This document shows positions 1-9,450 of a stretch of 51,256 nt of DNA, piece by piece; within the stretch, counting starts at the first letter, position 1, and each line of letters opens with the position of its first letter. This DNA comes from an uncultured Clostridia bacterium (GTDB taxonomy: Bacteria > Bacillota > Clostridia > Christensenellales > UBA1242). The notes beneath the pieces are model-generated. The model searched no databases and was not told where the DNA came from. It saw nothing but the letters and a program-made list of their open reading frames with translations. A program made the position numbers and the translations under genes. The stretch is taken from positions 1 through 51,256 of the forward strand of contig CAMLSW010000001.1 in assembly GCA_946484195.1 (NCBI GenBank), given 5' to 3'.

Positions 1-73
1 TGTTGAAAATAAATAAAAAATTAAAAAATATAAAATAAAAAATATAAAAATAAAATTAAAACTATAAAAAATA

Positions 74-229
74 TTATTTTATAATTAAAACCTTACCTTT
101 TTTAATCATTTTTGGTGTAATATTGTTGGTTATGAGTATGCTGATAGGTGAAACATTGTATTTTTTTGATATTGATTCAATATTGTCATTTTCTTTTACT
201 ATATAAATTTGATTGAATTCTTTTTTCAT
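74..229 (-). CDS. small LysM-domain protein (51 aa from ATG 229; the ORF track extends to TTG 268)
   Basis: The sequence YIVKENDNIESISKKYNVSPISILITNNI...KGKVLII fits the LysM fold pattern. AAGGAGAG lies 2-4 nt upstream of ATG 229 on the minus strand (reverse complement of 230-240). Confidence 0.6.
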   Translation of the reverse strand: MKKEFNQIYIVKENDNIESISKKYNVSPISILITNNITPKMIKKGKVLIIK

Positions 230-254
230 AACTCTCCTTAAATTCTCGCGCGCT

Positions 255-281
255 TTGATTTTTGTCAAAACTTGTTATAAT
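255..281 (+). promoter_or_regulatory. candidate sigma-A promoter for the flippase gene
   Basis: TTGATT (255-260), a 15-nt spacer, then an extended -10 TGtTATAAT (273-281). The spacer is short, so support is weak. Confidence 0.35.
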
Positions 282-322
282 AAATTTTATTCACCTTTAA
301 TAACATATATGAGGAGAGGGTG

Positions 323-1861
323 ATGAAATCTTTATTTAGAACAGTAGCCTTAATTACTGTATTTTCTTTTTTAACAAGGGTAAGTGGCTTTATCTTTAGA
401 ATAATTCTTTCAAGAGTTGTCGGCGCAGAGGGCGTCGGACTTTATCAAGTGGCATCCTCTGTTTTCTTTGTCTTGCTAACCGTCATATCGAGTGGTATCC
501 CGCTTATCATATCAAGAAAAAGTGCGAGTTTTTCAGTTAAAAAAGAAAAGAAAAAACAAGGTTCATATCTATCAGTCGCTCTTATTTACACCTTGGCTCT
601 CTCACTCATTCTAGTTTGTGTTGTGCTGTTATTTAAAGGGCTTTTTAGTAAGATTTTCACCGACCAACGCTGTTATGAGCTTCTTTTGGTGCTTCTTCCA
701 AGCCTTGTATTTTCTTCGGTTTACTGCGTCTTTCGTGGCTCACTTTGGGGGCAAGGCAACTATTTCGCCCTTTGCATTAGTGAGTTTTACGAGCAGGTAG
801 TGCATATAATTGCAGGGGTGTTTTTGATAGGCTCGTCACTATCTGCAATTGAAAATGCTTTCGGCATAAGCTTGTCAATGTCAATAGCCTGCTTTTTGTC
901 GATGATACTGGTAGTTTTACTATTTTTCTATTATGGCGGAAGTTTGTCAAAGCCAAAGAAAGAATATCTAAAGCCACTTGTCAAGCAGTCGACGCCTATA
1001 ACTGTGATGAGGGTTGTAGGCTCCTTCTTACAACCGCTTATTGCGCTTATAATTCCAGCAAGACTCATATCGATAGGTTATACAAGTTCTCAGGCGCTAA
1101 GCCTTTATGGTATTGCCGTTGGTATGACACTGCCACTAATCTATGTGCCAACTACAATTATAGGTTCACTTTCAACGGCGCTTGTACCAGACATTTCAAA
1201 GGCAGTGGCTCAAAATGACAAATCTCATATCGAAAAGAGAATAACAACTTCAATATATTTTGCGCTAATCATCTCTTCGCTTTTCGTACCGCTGTACCTA
1301 GGGGCAGGCGAGCAGATAGGGCTATTTTTATATGACAACATCTTGAGTGGAACACTTCTTCAATCGGCATCTTGGGTGCTATTGCCACTTGGGCTTACAA
1401 ATATCTCGTCGGCGCTATTAAATTCGCTTGGCTATGAAAACCGCTCCTTTGTAAACTTCTTTATTGGCGCGGTTGCAATGTTTTTGGCGCTATGGATACT
1501 GCCAACCTTTGTAGGCGTAAATTCTATCATTTGGGCAATGGGAATAAATTATTGCATAACTGCAATTCTCAACCTTTGGCTACTCAAAAGAAAGACCAAG
1601 GTGTCGTTCAAGGTTGCCTATCCACTTATTAAGATAATTTTGCTAATAATTCCATCTTCTGCATTAACCGCTTTTGTTGTAAGCCTGTCAAGTTATGCCT
1701 TTCCGCTGTTTATCTCTCTTGTTATAGGCGGAGTCATAGGAGTAGGCTCCTATGTTTTGCTTGCAAGTGTTGCCGGAATAATCGACTTAAAAGTGGTGCT
1801 AACCTTTGTCAAAGAAAAGTTCGATTACAAGCGCGCAAAGAAGGTAAAGCAGAGCGCATAG
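323..1861 (+). CDS. MOP-superfamily polysaccharide/lipid-II flippase (SpoVB / MurJ / YabM-like)
   Basis: Multi-pass membrane ORF. The N-terminus KSLFRTVALITVFSFLTRVSGFIFRIILSRVVGAEGVGLYQ is typical of MurJ/SpoVB-type flippases. GAGGAG lies 7 nt upstream of ATG 323; the ORF track starts at GTG 320. Confidence 0.8.
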   Translation: MKSLFRTVALITVFSFLTRVSGFIFRIILSRVVGAEGVGLYQVASSVFFVLLTVISSGIPLIISRKSASFSVKKEKKKQGSYLSVALIYTLALSLILVCVVLLFKGLFSKIFTDQRCYELLLVLLPSLVFSSVYCVFRGSLWGQGNYFALCISEFYEQVVHIIAGVFLIGSSLSAIENAFGISLSMSIACFLSMILVVLLFFYYGGSLSKPKKEYLKPLVKQSTPITVMRVVGSFLQPLIALIIPARLISIGYTSSQALSLYGIAVGMTLPLIYVPTTIIGSLSTALVPDISKAVAQNDKSHIEKRITTSIYFALIISSLFVPLYLGAGEQIGLFLYDNILSGTLLQSASWVLLPLGLTNISSALLNSLGYENRSFVNFFIGAVAMFLALWILPTFVGVNSIIWAMGINYCITAILNLWLLKRKTKVSFKVAYPLIKIILLIIPSSALTAFVVSLSSYAFPLFISLVIGGVIGVGSYVLLASVAGIIDLKVVLTFVKEKFDYKRAKKVKQSA

Positions 1862-2002
1862 TTTAAAAATATAAGCGGTATTTTAAAAAGTCAAAAAACA
1901 AATTATTTAATTTTTAAATGTAAAATAATTAAATATAACTTTATTTTGTAATAAAAACTTTATAAAAATAGTATAAAAGTTGCAAATTGCACAAAATAAG
2001 GT

Positions 2003-2719
2003 ATGCTTACAATAATAATTAGGTCAATTATAATATATCTGATTGTGTTACTTGTGTTTAGACTTATGGGCAAGCGTCAACTTGGGCAAATGCAACCTTT
2101 TGAGCTTGTCCTAACTTTAATCATTGCCGACCTTGCCACAATACCTATGGCAGAGGTTTCGGTGCCAGTTCTTCACGGCGTTGTACCGCTGTTAACGCTG
2201 GTGGTTTTGCATTTTATTTTAACGCTGATAAGCCGTAGCAGTCACTTTTTTAGTAAAATCATAAGCGGTAAACCTGTTATCATTGTCAACCCAAAAGGCA
2301 TTGACTATAAGGCTATGAAAAAATTAAATCTTTCAACTGACGATATATTTGAGGCGCTTCGCGGGGCTGGCTACTTTAATATTTCACAGATTCAGTATGC
2401 CATAATGGAGACCAATGGCAAGGTCAGCGTTATGCCAAAAGCCGAATATGCACCGCTGACCAATGGCGACCTAAAGACAAACGCCGATGAGAGCTTTCTT
2501 CCGATAGTGCTTGTAAGCGAAGGTAAGATGATTAAAGAAAATATTGAACTTGCAAAAATAAGTCAAGGCGAAATTGAAGACATTATCAATAAAAACAGCA
2601 AAGGTGCGAGCGTTAAGGATGTGCTACTACTCACGCTTGACCGAACGGGCGAAGGCTATTTGCAACTTAAAAAGGGCGAAGGCAAGACTATCACCGCCAA
2701 AAAGGTGGTGGGGGTATGA
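2003..2719 (+). CDS. DUF421 (YetF/YrbG-like) membrane protein
   Basis: The N-terminus IIRSIIIYLIVLLVFRLMGKRQLGQMQPFELVLTLIIADLA is the characteristic DUF421 opening. It is followed by a soluble C-terminal domain. AAGG lies upstream of the ATG. Confidence 0.75.
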   Translation: MLTIIIRSIIIYLIVLLVFRLMGKRQLGQMQPFELVLTLIIADLATIPMAEVSVPVLHGVVPLLTLVVLHFILTLISRSSHFFSKIISGKPVIIVNPKGIDYKAMKKLNLSTDDIFEALRGAGYFNISQIQYAIMETNGKVSVMPKAEYAPLTNGDLKTNADESFLPIVLVSEGKMIKENIELAKISQGEIEDIINKNSKGASVKDVLLLTLDRTGEGYLQLKKGEGKTITAKKVVGV

Positions 2720-3111
2720 AATTTTTTCATTACTTCAACTTTATTCTCATAATTTTGCTACTTGTCTTTATTTGCGTCGCTGAAGATAGCGTCGTATCAA
2801 ATTCGTTAAGCGAAATTCAAACAAGATGTTATCAGCTTGAAGAGATAATTGAGCGCAGAGATGACCTAAAAAACACTGAGATGACGCTTGCTGTCGATAA
2901 TCTTGAGTATGCGTGGACTCGTGACGAAAAGAATATGTGCTTTTTAGTCAATCATAAAAATATCCAAGAGATAGGGCAGGAAATAGCAAAGCTTAAACTC
3001 TACATTGCAAGCAATGATATAGATGCCTTCAAAGTTTCAATAGAGGAGATAAAATTCTATTGCCATAGCTATCTGCATTTTATGGGCGCAAACTGGCATA
3101 ATGTTCTATAA
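2716..3111 (+). CDS. small membrane-anchored protein, probably DUF4363 family
   Basis: An ATGA start/stop overlap with the DUF421 gene suggests translational coupling. It has one N-terminal TM helix and a helical remainder. DUF421-DUF4363 pairs are common in Clostridia, so the family assignment rests on synteny and loose similarity only. Confidence 0.5.
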   Translation: MKFFHYFNFILIILLLVFICVAEDSVVSNSLSEIQTRCYQLEEIIERRDDLKNTEMTLAVDNLEYAWTRDEKNMCFLVNHKNIQEIGQEIAKLKLYIASNDIDAFKVSIEEIKFYCHSYLHFMGANWHNVL

Positions 3112-3230
3112 AAAACACTTAAAAGTAGAAAAATCTTTCATTAATTTTTTTGGAAGTTTAAAATCAAAATATTTAAGTGCTTTCAAAATTTTAAGATGAT
3201 TTTCAAAACAATTTTTAATTTTGTTATTTA

Positions 3231-3314
3231 TTATCAAATTTTAATTATTTTATAACAAGAAAAAATGCTTTAGTCAATAAGTTTAGTCATTTTTTATCAA
3301 ATTTTAATTATTTT
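3231..3314. repeat. perfect 21-nt direct repeat TTATCAAATTTTAATTATTTT (3231-3251 and 3294-3314)
   Basis: Read directly from the sequence. The repeat lies in the AT-rich spacer between convergent genes. Confidence 0.7.
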
Positions 3315-3319
3315 TAAAA

Positions 3320-3354
3320 GCAAAAAATAGTGGATATTTTTCCACTATTTTTGC
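3320..3354. terminator. intrinsic terminator hairpin between convergent genes
   Basis: GCAAAAAATAGTGGA / TCCACTATTTTTGC form a stem with one bulged A and loop TATTTT. A- and T-runs flank both sides. It sits just downstream of the stop of the minus-strand gene at 3368. Confidence 0.6.
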
Positions 3355-3367
3355 TGATTATAAAATT

Positions 3368-4516
3368 CTACCAAACCTTTTCTTTTTTCTTTTTGTAAAC
3401 GCCAATTAGTATTATAACGATAACGGCAAGCACGCAAAGAGCAATTACAATATAGATTATATTAAAGTAGTTGAAAGGCTTTTCTGTTGAAACTGTAATT
3501 TCATTGCTTGAAAGTGCGGTTGCACTGCCAGGGTTATACACACACCATACGTGCCAGTCACCGATAAGGTCCTCATCATTTACTTTTGGTACTTCAAACA
3601 CAAACTCTCTTCCTGTTCTATAGTAGCTGCTGTACAGTGAGGCGGTGCATTCATATTGAGCAAAATCTTCATCTTCAAGGTCTCTTGCGGTCAATGCATA
3701 TCTTGCTCCATCAATAGTTGTGCCATAGGCGTACCAAACAAGCAAGTTTTCATCAATATATCTATAAGCATTGTCATTTACAAGATAAAATTCAAAGCTG
3801 TTTGTAAGAGACTCCATAGCGGTTGTGCTTATGGTATAGTCGATATTAGGTACATCTGTGATAACTGAAGTAGGCTCAATAAAGTAGTAAAGTGAGTGTT
3901 GCTCAGCGCCATTTATGTCAACAACAAATTGATAGATGCCCCAGTTTATGCTGGTGTCCTCTTCGTCAAAGTAGTCGCCATCACCATTGCCGTCAGTGCT
4001 AAAGGTGTCATCAATATTGAACGAAAAATATTGCAATGCTATCTCATTATAATCGCTGACAGTAGGTGAGGTGTAAACAACGCCGAGAGGTATGGTTTCG
4101 CTTGTGATAAAGTCGGTCTCTTCGCCGTCTTTAAAGGTGTAGCCTTTTAAGTAGTTTATTGAGATGTTCATTTGATATGAGTTTGGGTTTTCTATATCAG
4201 AGCTAAAAGGTGGCGGATTATCCTGAGAAGGCGTAAATGAGATTGTAAACTGCTCTGCCTCTCTCCAAGGGATTGTGTAAACCTGACTGTCGTTATAGTC
4301 TACTGGGCTATCTAAAATTATATTTTGGTCATTTCTTGACAAGATGGAAACGTTAAGCTCGCCTTGCAACGTATCGCTATCAAGTGCAATTTCTGAAGGG
4401 TCATCTTGGGTGGTAACCGCCTTTGCCAAACTTCCAGCAGAAAAAGATAGGCAAGCAAAGATAAGAACCGCCAAAAGCATAATACAAATAAAATTAAAAG
4501 ATTTTGATTTTATCAT
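3368..4516 (-). CDS. hypothetical type-I membrane / surface protein (382 aa)
   Basis: N-terminal signal peptide (FICIMLLAVLIFACLSFSAGSLA). C-terminal TM helix followed by KKKKEKVW. GAGG lies 5 nt upstream of the ATG. No family was recognised. Confidence 0.6.
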   Translation of the reverse strand: MIKSKSFNFICIMLLAVLIFACLSFSAGSLAKAVTTQDDPSEIALDSDTLQGELNVSILSRNDQNIILDSPVDYNDSQVYTIPWREAEQFTISFTPSQDNPPPFSSDIENPNSYQMNISINYLKGYTFKDGEETDFITSETIPLGVVYTSPTVSDYNEIALQYFSFNIDDTFSTDGNGDGDYFDEEDTSINWGIYQFVVDINGAEQHSLYYFIEPTSVITDVPNIDYTISTTAMESLTNSFEFYLVNDNAYRYIDENLLVWYAYGTTIDGARYALTARDLEDEDFAQYECTASLYSSYYRTGREFVFEVPKVNDEDLIGDWHVWCVYNPGSATALSSNEITVSTEKPFNYFNIIYIVIALCVLAVIVIILIGVYKKKKEKVW

Positions 4517-4641
4517 ATCAACCTCATTAAACTCTTATATAGCAATAATAACATAATATCAAAAAATAAAAAAATGTTTTTGTAATATTTTTAAATTTTT
4601 CAATAAAATATTCCAAAAATGTTAAAAGTATTTTTTAATTG

Positions 4642-4670
4642 TTGACAAAATTTTACAAAGATTATATACT
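4642..4670 (+). promoter_or_regulatory. sigma-A-type promoter placed for a leaderless transcript
   Basis: TTGACA (4642-4647), a 17-nt spacer, TATACT (4665-4670), then 7 nt to ATG 4678. No Shine-Dalgarno sequence lies in between. Confidence 0.55.
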
Positions 4671-4677
4671 TTATTCT

Positions 4678-5538
4678 ATGGAAAGAGAAGATATTGATTT
4701 ATTGGTAAGTGAAAACCAAATTAAGATTGATTTTGACTCGCTTACAAGTGCCAACGAGGAAGAAGAGAGCGCAATCATTCCAAGCGCTCTTATAAAGGCG
4801 GTGAATTATGACTGGATAAAGGATGAGGTGCTTTTTGTTGTGGTCAAGGCATACCATTCTTTTGTTAAAGACCTTCCAAATGTTGAGCTTTGTGGCAAAA
4901 GACTGCTTGACTGGGTGCTTAACGCCGGCAGTGGTTGTGAGACGAGGATAATAGAGGACTGCGAGGACATAATCGGCAGAGTGCGTAACATCACTACAAA
5001 CAAGAATATCATAGCGGTATTTTATAGCGATACACCACTTTTAGATAAAGGCACCTTCAATAAGTTTTGCGAATATTTTTCTTCGCATAATATGAACTTT
5101 TTGAGGTTAAGCCGTGGGTTTATTGTTAAGAGCGAATTTTTGAAGAATAACTTTACTCTCGCACAAGGCGCAAGCGAGCTTGACGATAAAAATCTCCTTG
5201 TTGCGGACAGCGCAAAAGTGCTTAACTTGATGAGCAACTCATTATATAATAGAATTCTCAACTACCATATTAAAAATGGCGTGATTATTTATGGACAAAA
5301 CACAGTTTTCATTGATGGTGATGTTGAGATTGAAGGTGGCGTTATAATTTATCCAAACAATGTTATAAAAGGTCAAAGCATAATTGGCGAAAACGCAGTT
5401 ATTGAAAGCGGTAATGTCATTAAAAATAGCATTATTTCAAATGATGCAGTAGTGAGAGGTAGCTATATTGAAAACAGCAAGATAAGTGCGGGCGCGTCTA
5501 TTGAGCCTTTTAGCAAGATAATAGGACAGGAGTTTTAA
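4678..5538 (+). CDS. GlmU-related protein with a degenerate nucleotidyltransferase motif and a short left-handed beta-helix (286 aa)
   Basis: The C-terminus has hexapeptide repeats (GVIIYGQNTVFIDGDVEIEGGVIIYPNNVIKGQSIIGENAVIESGNVIKNSIISNDAVVRGSYIENSKISAGASI). A GlmU-like YSDTPLL segment is present. The canonical LAAGxGTRM loop is replaced by VVKAYHSFVK. The gene sits upstream of pth as in the Firmicute glmU-prs-pth-mfd order. Start chosen at ATG 4678 because the ORF-track TTG 4639 lies upstream of the promoter. Confidence 0.6.
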   Translation: MEREDIDLLVSENQIKIDFDSLTSANEEEESAIIPSALIKAVNYDWIKDEVLFVVVKAYHSFVKDLPNVELCGKRLLDWVLNAGSGCETRIIEDCEDIIGRVRNITTNKNIIAVFYSDTPLLDKGTFNKFCEYFSSHNMNFLRLSRGFIVKSEFLKNNFTLAQGASELDDKNLLVADSAKVLNLMSNSLYNRILNYHIKNGVIIYGQNTVFIDGDVEIEGGVIIYPNNVIKGQSIIGENAVIESGNVIKNSIISNDAVVRGSYIENSKISAGASIEPFSKIIGQEF

Positions 5539-5548
5539 GGAGAGAAAT

Positions 5549-6061
5549 ATGGTTATTATAGTAGGGCTTGGCAATATCGGCGTTCAGTATAGAAACACCT
5601 TTCATAATCTAGGCTTTAGAGTTGTCGATTATCTAGCCGAAAAACTTTCAATAGATGTGACAAAAGAAAAATATAAGGCGCTTATCGGCAAAGGCAGAGT
5701 AAACGGGCAAGAGGTAATGCTAGTAAAACCTACCACATATATGAATAACAGCGGACAAAGCGTTGTGCTTATAAAGAAAAAATTTAAAGACGCTAGAATT
5801 ATTGTTGCGGTAGACGATATAGACCTTCCAAAAGGCGCCATCCGCTATAGAGAAAGAGGTAAAAGTGGCACTCACAATGGTATGCGCTCGCTTGTTGAAT
5901 ATATTGGTGAGGACTTTGAGCGCGTGCGAATTGGTATAGGCAGAGATGAAACTAAGAACCTTGCCGATTATGTGCTATCAAATATAAGACTTGAAGATGA
6001 AGAGCTTTTTAATGAGGCTATCAAAAAGGCTGGAGAGCTTATACTTGAAAAGCTTAAATAA
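5549..6061 (+). CDS. pth: peptidyl-tRNA hydrolase
   Basis: IIVGLGNIGVQYRNTFHNLGF...YMNNSGQSV...GTHNGMRS are signature Pth segments. AAGGAGAG RBS upstream. Confidence 0.93.
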   Translation: MVIIVGLGNIGVQYRNTFHNLGFRVVDYLAEKLSIDVTKEKYKALIGKGRVNGQEVMLVKPTTYMNNSGQSVVLIKKKFKDARIIVAVDDIDLPKGAIRYRERGKSGTHNGMRSLVEYIGEDFERVRIGIGRDETKNLADYVLSNIRLEDEELFNEAIKKAGELILEKLK

Positions 6062-6208
6062 GGTTTACTTAAAATTATTTAAAGTTGCGATTAAGAAAAC
6101 TAATTAAAAAATATTCATAATAAAACTTTAACAAAAATCAATTATATCTTAGTTAATTTAATAAAACTTAGTTTTAATCAATTTTTACTTTTAATATTTT
6201 GGAGAGAG

Positions 6209-9200
6209 ATGTTTTTATCAGAAGAACTAGAGAAAGTTGCAAAAAATAGGGTGATAACAGGAGTAGGAGACGGTGAAAAGATAATACTTGCAAATGAATT
6301 TGACCGCCTTATTTTTTTATGCTCTAGTTTTGTGCTTGCTGGCAAAATCAAGAGAGGGCTTGAAGGACTTGGCAAAAGGGTTGAGATTGTCTCAAATGCA
6401 AGAGAGAACGATGACGAAAATGACAAAAACCTTCTTCCTTTTGTCGAGGCAGTAAACAACTATCTTGCTGGCAATTTGGACGCGCTAATCTTTCTTCCTT
6501 GCTCAATGATAATCAAGTTTGACCTAGCTAAGTTCAATAGTATTAAAATTAACAAAAACCAAAACTATTCACTTGAAGAGCTTACCAAAAAGCTTGTCGA
6601 ATATGGCTATGAAAGGACAAGCCTAGTCTCTGAAAAGGGGCAGTTTGCGCTAAGAGGAGATATACTTGACATTTTCTCGTCAAACGATAAGCCATATAGG
6701 GTGGAATTTTTTGACGACCTTGTTGAAAATATAAGCGTCTTTGACCCAAACACTATGAAAAACATAGAAAAGTTTGAAAGCGTTAGTATAACCTTGTCAA
6801 AACTGCCACTTGGCAACGATAACGTCACTTCGCTTGAAGGCAAGGTTATTTTAGATGAGCCTAAGAAGGTGGACGAGGAGATTTCTCTTCTTATTCAAAG
6901 TTATTCAAGCACTTCCTTTTATAATCACAATAATTATGAGAACTTTGACAGCCTCTTTGCAAAAGCCGATGTTATATTTGATAACTTCCAAGTGCTTAAA
7001 GCAGATTACTATAATGATAAGCTTGCCGGGCGAAGTTATTTGACCGACTTTTTGGCTTTAAAGCAAGACTTAATTGAGGCAAAAAACTTAAATCAAGCTG
7101 TTCTGCTTTTTACAGGACAAGAGCGATATAAAAACAATCTTGCCGACTTTTTAACTGAAAATGGTCTGTCTTACTTTAATTACGAAAGACAGAAGCTAGA
7201 GCGAAGAAACATCTATATCACAAGTCAGAATATGCCTTACAATTTTTCATTTTTAAAAGAGGGTATTGTAGGCATAGGCAGTGATAGCCTTTATAGAACG
7301 ACAAACACAACCTTTTCTAAAAGTAAACATTCGGTATTTTATTTGCCAAAGCTTGGTGACTATGTTGTTCACACCTTTCACGGCATAGGCAAGTGTATCA
7401 AGATAGAGAGGATGAAGATATCCGATGTTGAAAAGGACTATTTTGTAATAGAGTATAAAAACGGCGATATTCTCTATCTTCCAAGTGAAGAGGCAAACAC
7501 CATCTCGGCGTATATTGGAAGTGAGCAAACTCCAAAGCTATCCTCTCTAGGTGGCGGTGAGTTTACAAGGCTTAAAGAGCGTGTAAGAGCCTCCATTAAA
7601 GAGATGGCAATCAGCCTTGTTGAGATATATAAAGAAAGGGCAAGTGTGAAGGGCTTTAAGTTCAAGCGTGATGAATACCTTGAGAAACAATTTGCTGACG
7701 CCTTTGGCTATCAAGAGACGCCCGACCAACTAAAAGCTATCCAAGATGTCGATAAAGATATGGAAAGCGACAAGGTTATGGATAGGCTCATCTGCGGAGA
7801 TGTCGGGTTTGGCAAAACCGAAGTTGCTCTTCGCGCCGCTTTTAAATGTATCTATAACGGTAAACAAGTAAGTTTGCTTTGTCCTACAACAATACTTTCT
7901 CAGCAACACTATATTTCAGCAAAAGAAAGACTTGAGGGATTTGGCGCTAGGGTTGAGGTAATTAATAGGTTTAAAACCTCTCTTCAAATAAAAGAGATTT
8001 TGAGGCGCTTTAAAGAGGGCGAGATAGATATGCTGATAGGTACGCATAGGCTACTTAGTAGCGACGTTGAGTATCACGACTTAGGACTTCTCATTCTTGA
8101 CGAAGAACAGCGTTTTGGCGTTGAACATAAGGAAAAGATAAAGGATAAGCATCGAAATGTTGATGTTTTGACGCTTTCTGCAACACCTATACCAAGAACG
8201 CTCAATATGTCACTTTCAGGCATACGCGACATATCTGTCATTGAAACTCCGCCAAGAGATAGACTGCCAATTCAGACCTATGTTTCCGAGGAGAGCGACC
8301 AACTTTTGAAGGACGTCATCACAAGAGAGCTCTCACGTGGTGGTCAGGCATTTGTTGTATATAACAGGGTGGAAAGCATTGAGGAGTTTGCCTCTCACCT
8401 TCGAAAACTTCTTCCAAATGCAAGCATAGGTGTCGCGCACGGACAGATGCAAGAGAGATTGCTTGAAAACGTTATAGATAGGCTCTATAAAGGGCAATAC
8501 AATGTTTTGATATCAACAACATTAATTGAAAACGGCATAAACCTTCCGCTTGCAAACACTATGGTGGTCATCGAGGCGGATAGGCTTGGACTTAGCCAGC
8601 TTTACCAGCTTCGTGGTCGAATTGGAAGGAGTGATAGGTTAAGCTATGCCTACTTAACCTACATCAAAGATAAGCACCTCACAGATGAGGCGTACAAACG
8701 TCTTGAGGCAATCAAGGAGTTTAGCCAGCTTGGCAGTGGTTTTAAGATTGCAATGCGAGACTTGGAGCTTCGTGGCGCGGGTAATATATTTGGTAAGGAA
8801 CAACACGGACATATCGCCAAAGTTGGTTATGATATGTTCGTAAAACTTCTTGACGAAGAAGTTAAGGACATAAAGGGCGAAAGGGTTATCAAAAAGAGTG
8901 ACGTTAAACTTGAAATCACCTTAAGCGCCTTTATAAGTGAAGACTATATCGCAGATAACGAACAGCGTATAGTCTACTACACAAGAATAAGCGAGCTATC
9001 AACAAGAGGCGAGATAAAGAGCCTTGAAGAGAGCTTGAAGGACGGTTACGGGCAACTTCCTAAAGAGGTTGACGCGCTTTGCCACCTTGCATACCTACGT
9101 AATCTTGCCTCAATTTATGATGTACAAAAGATTAGGATAAATAAATTTGAATCTTTGGTATTTTTAGATAAAAAAGAGGACATAATTGACCAGAGGCTTG

Positions 9201-9355
9201 CAAAGAACTTAGGCGAGTTTAAAGGTAAACTGGTTTTTGACAGTCAGGTGAAGATTAAGTTTGATTGGGATTTAAGCGTAGAAGAAAAGCTTAATAAGAT
9301 GATTGAATTCTTTGAAAAAGCAGGGGAAACGAGCAAAGGCACAAAAGAAAATTAA
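6209..9355 (+). CDS. mfd: transcription-repair coupling factor Mfd (1,048 aa, short N-terminal region)
   Basis: It has an RNAP-interaction (CarD-like) segment (GDYVVHTFHGIGKC), SF2 helicase motifs (GDVGFGKTEVALRAAF, LLILDEEQRFGV, LTLSATPIPRT, QLYQLRGRIGRS) and a TRG/C-terminal domain. GGAGAGAG RBS upstream. Confidence 0.93.
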   Translation: MFLSEELEKVAKNRVITGVGDGEKIILANEFDRLIFLCSSFVLAGKIKRGLEGLGKRVEIVSNARENDDENDKNLLPFVEAVNNYLAGNLDALIFLPCSMIIKFDLAKFNSIKINKNQNYSLEELTKKLVEYGYERTSLVSEKGQFALRGDILDIFSSNDKPYRVEFFDDLVENISVFDPNTMKNIEKFESVSITLSKLPLGNDNVTSLEGKVILDEPKKVDEEISLLIQSYSSTSFYNHNNYENFDSLFAKADVIFDNFQVLKADYYNDKLAGRSYLTDFLALKQDLIEAKNLNQAVLLFTGQERYKNNLADFLTENGLSYFNYERQKLERRNIYITSQNMPYNFSFLKEGIVGIGSDSLYRTTNTTFSKSKHSVFYLPKLGDYVVHTFHGIGKCIKIERMKISDVEKDYFVIEYKNGDILYLPSEEANTISAYIGSEQTPKLSSLGGGEFTRLKERVRASIKEMAISLVEIYKERASVKGFKFKRDEYLEKQFADAFGYQETPDQLKAIQDVDKDMESDKVMDRLICGDVGFGKTEVALRAAFKCIYNGKQVSLLCPTTILSQQHYISAKERLEGFGARVEVINRFKTSLQIKEILRRFKEGEIDMLIGTHRLLSSDVEYHDLGLLILDEEQRFGVEHKEKIKDKHRNVDVLTLSATPIPRTLNMSLSGIRDISVIETPPRDRLPIQTYVSEESDQLLKDVITRELSRGGQAFVVYNRVESIEEFASHLRKLLPNASIGVAHGQMQERLLENVIDRLYKGQYNVLISTTLIENGINLPLANTMVVIEADRLGLSQLYQLRGRIGRSDRLSYAYLTYIKDKHLTDEAYKRLEAIKEFSQLGSGFKIAMRDLELRGAGNIFGKEQHGHIAKVGYDMFVKLLDEEVKDIKGERVIKKSDVKLEITLSAFISEDYIADNEQRIVYYTRISELSTRGEIKSLEESLKDGYGQLPKEVDALCHLAYLRNLASIYDVQKIRINKFESLVFLDKKEDIIDQRLAKNLGEFKGKLVFDSQVKIKFDWDLSVEEKLNKMIEFFEKAGETSKGTKEN

Positions 9356-9450
9356 AATTTTGTCATAAAATGGGCTAAATTGCTTGAAATTTTAAGACAA
9401 TATGTGCTAATATTAGGAGTACGAATATAAAATTTACTTCGGGAGATAGA

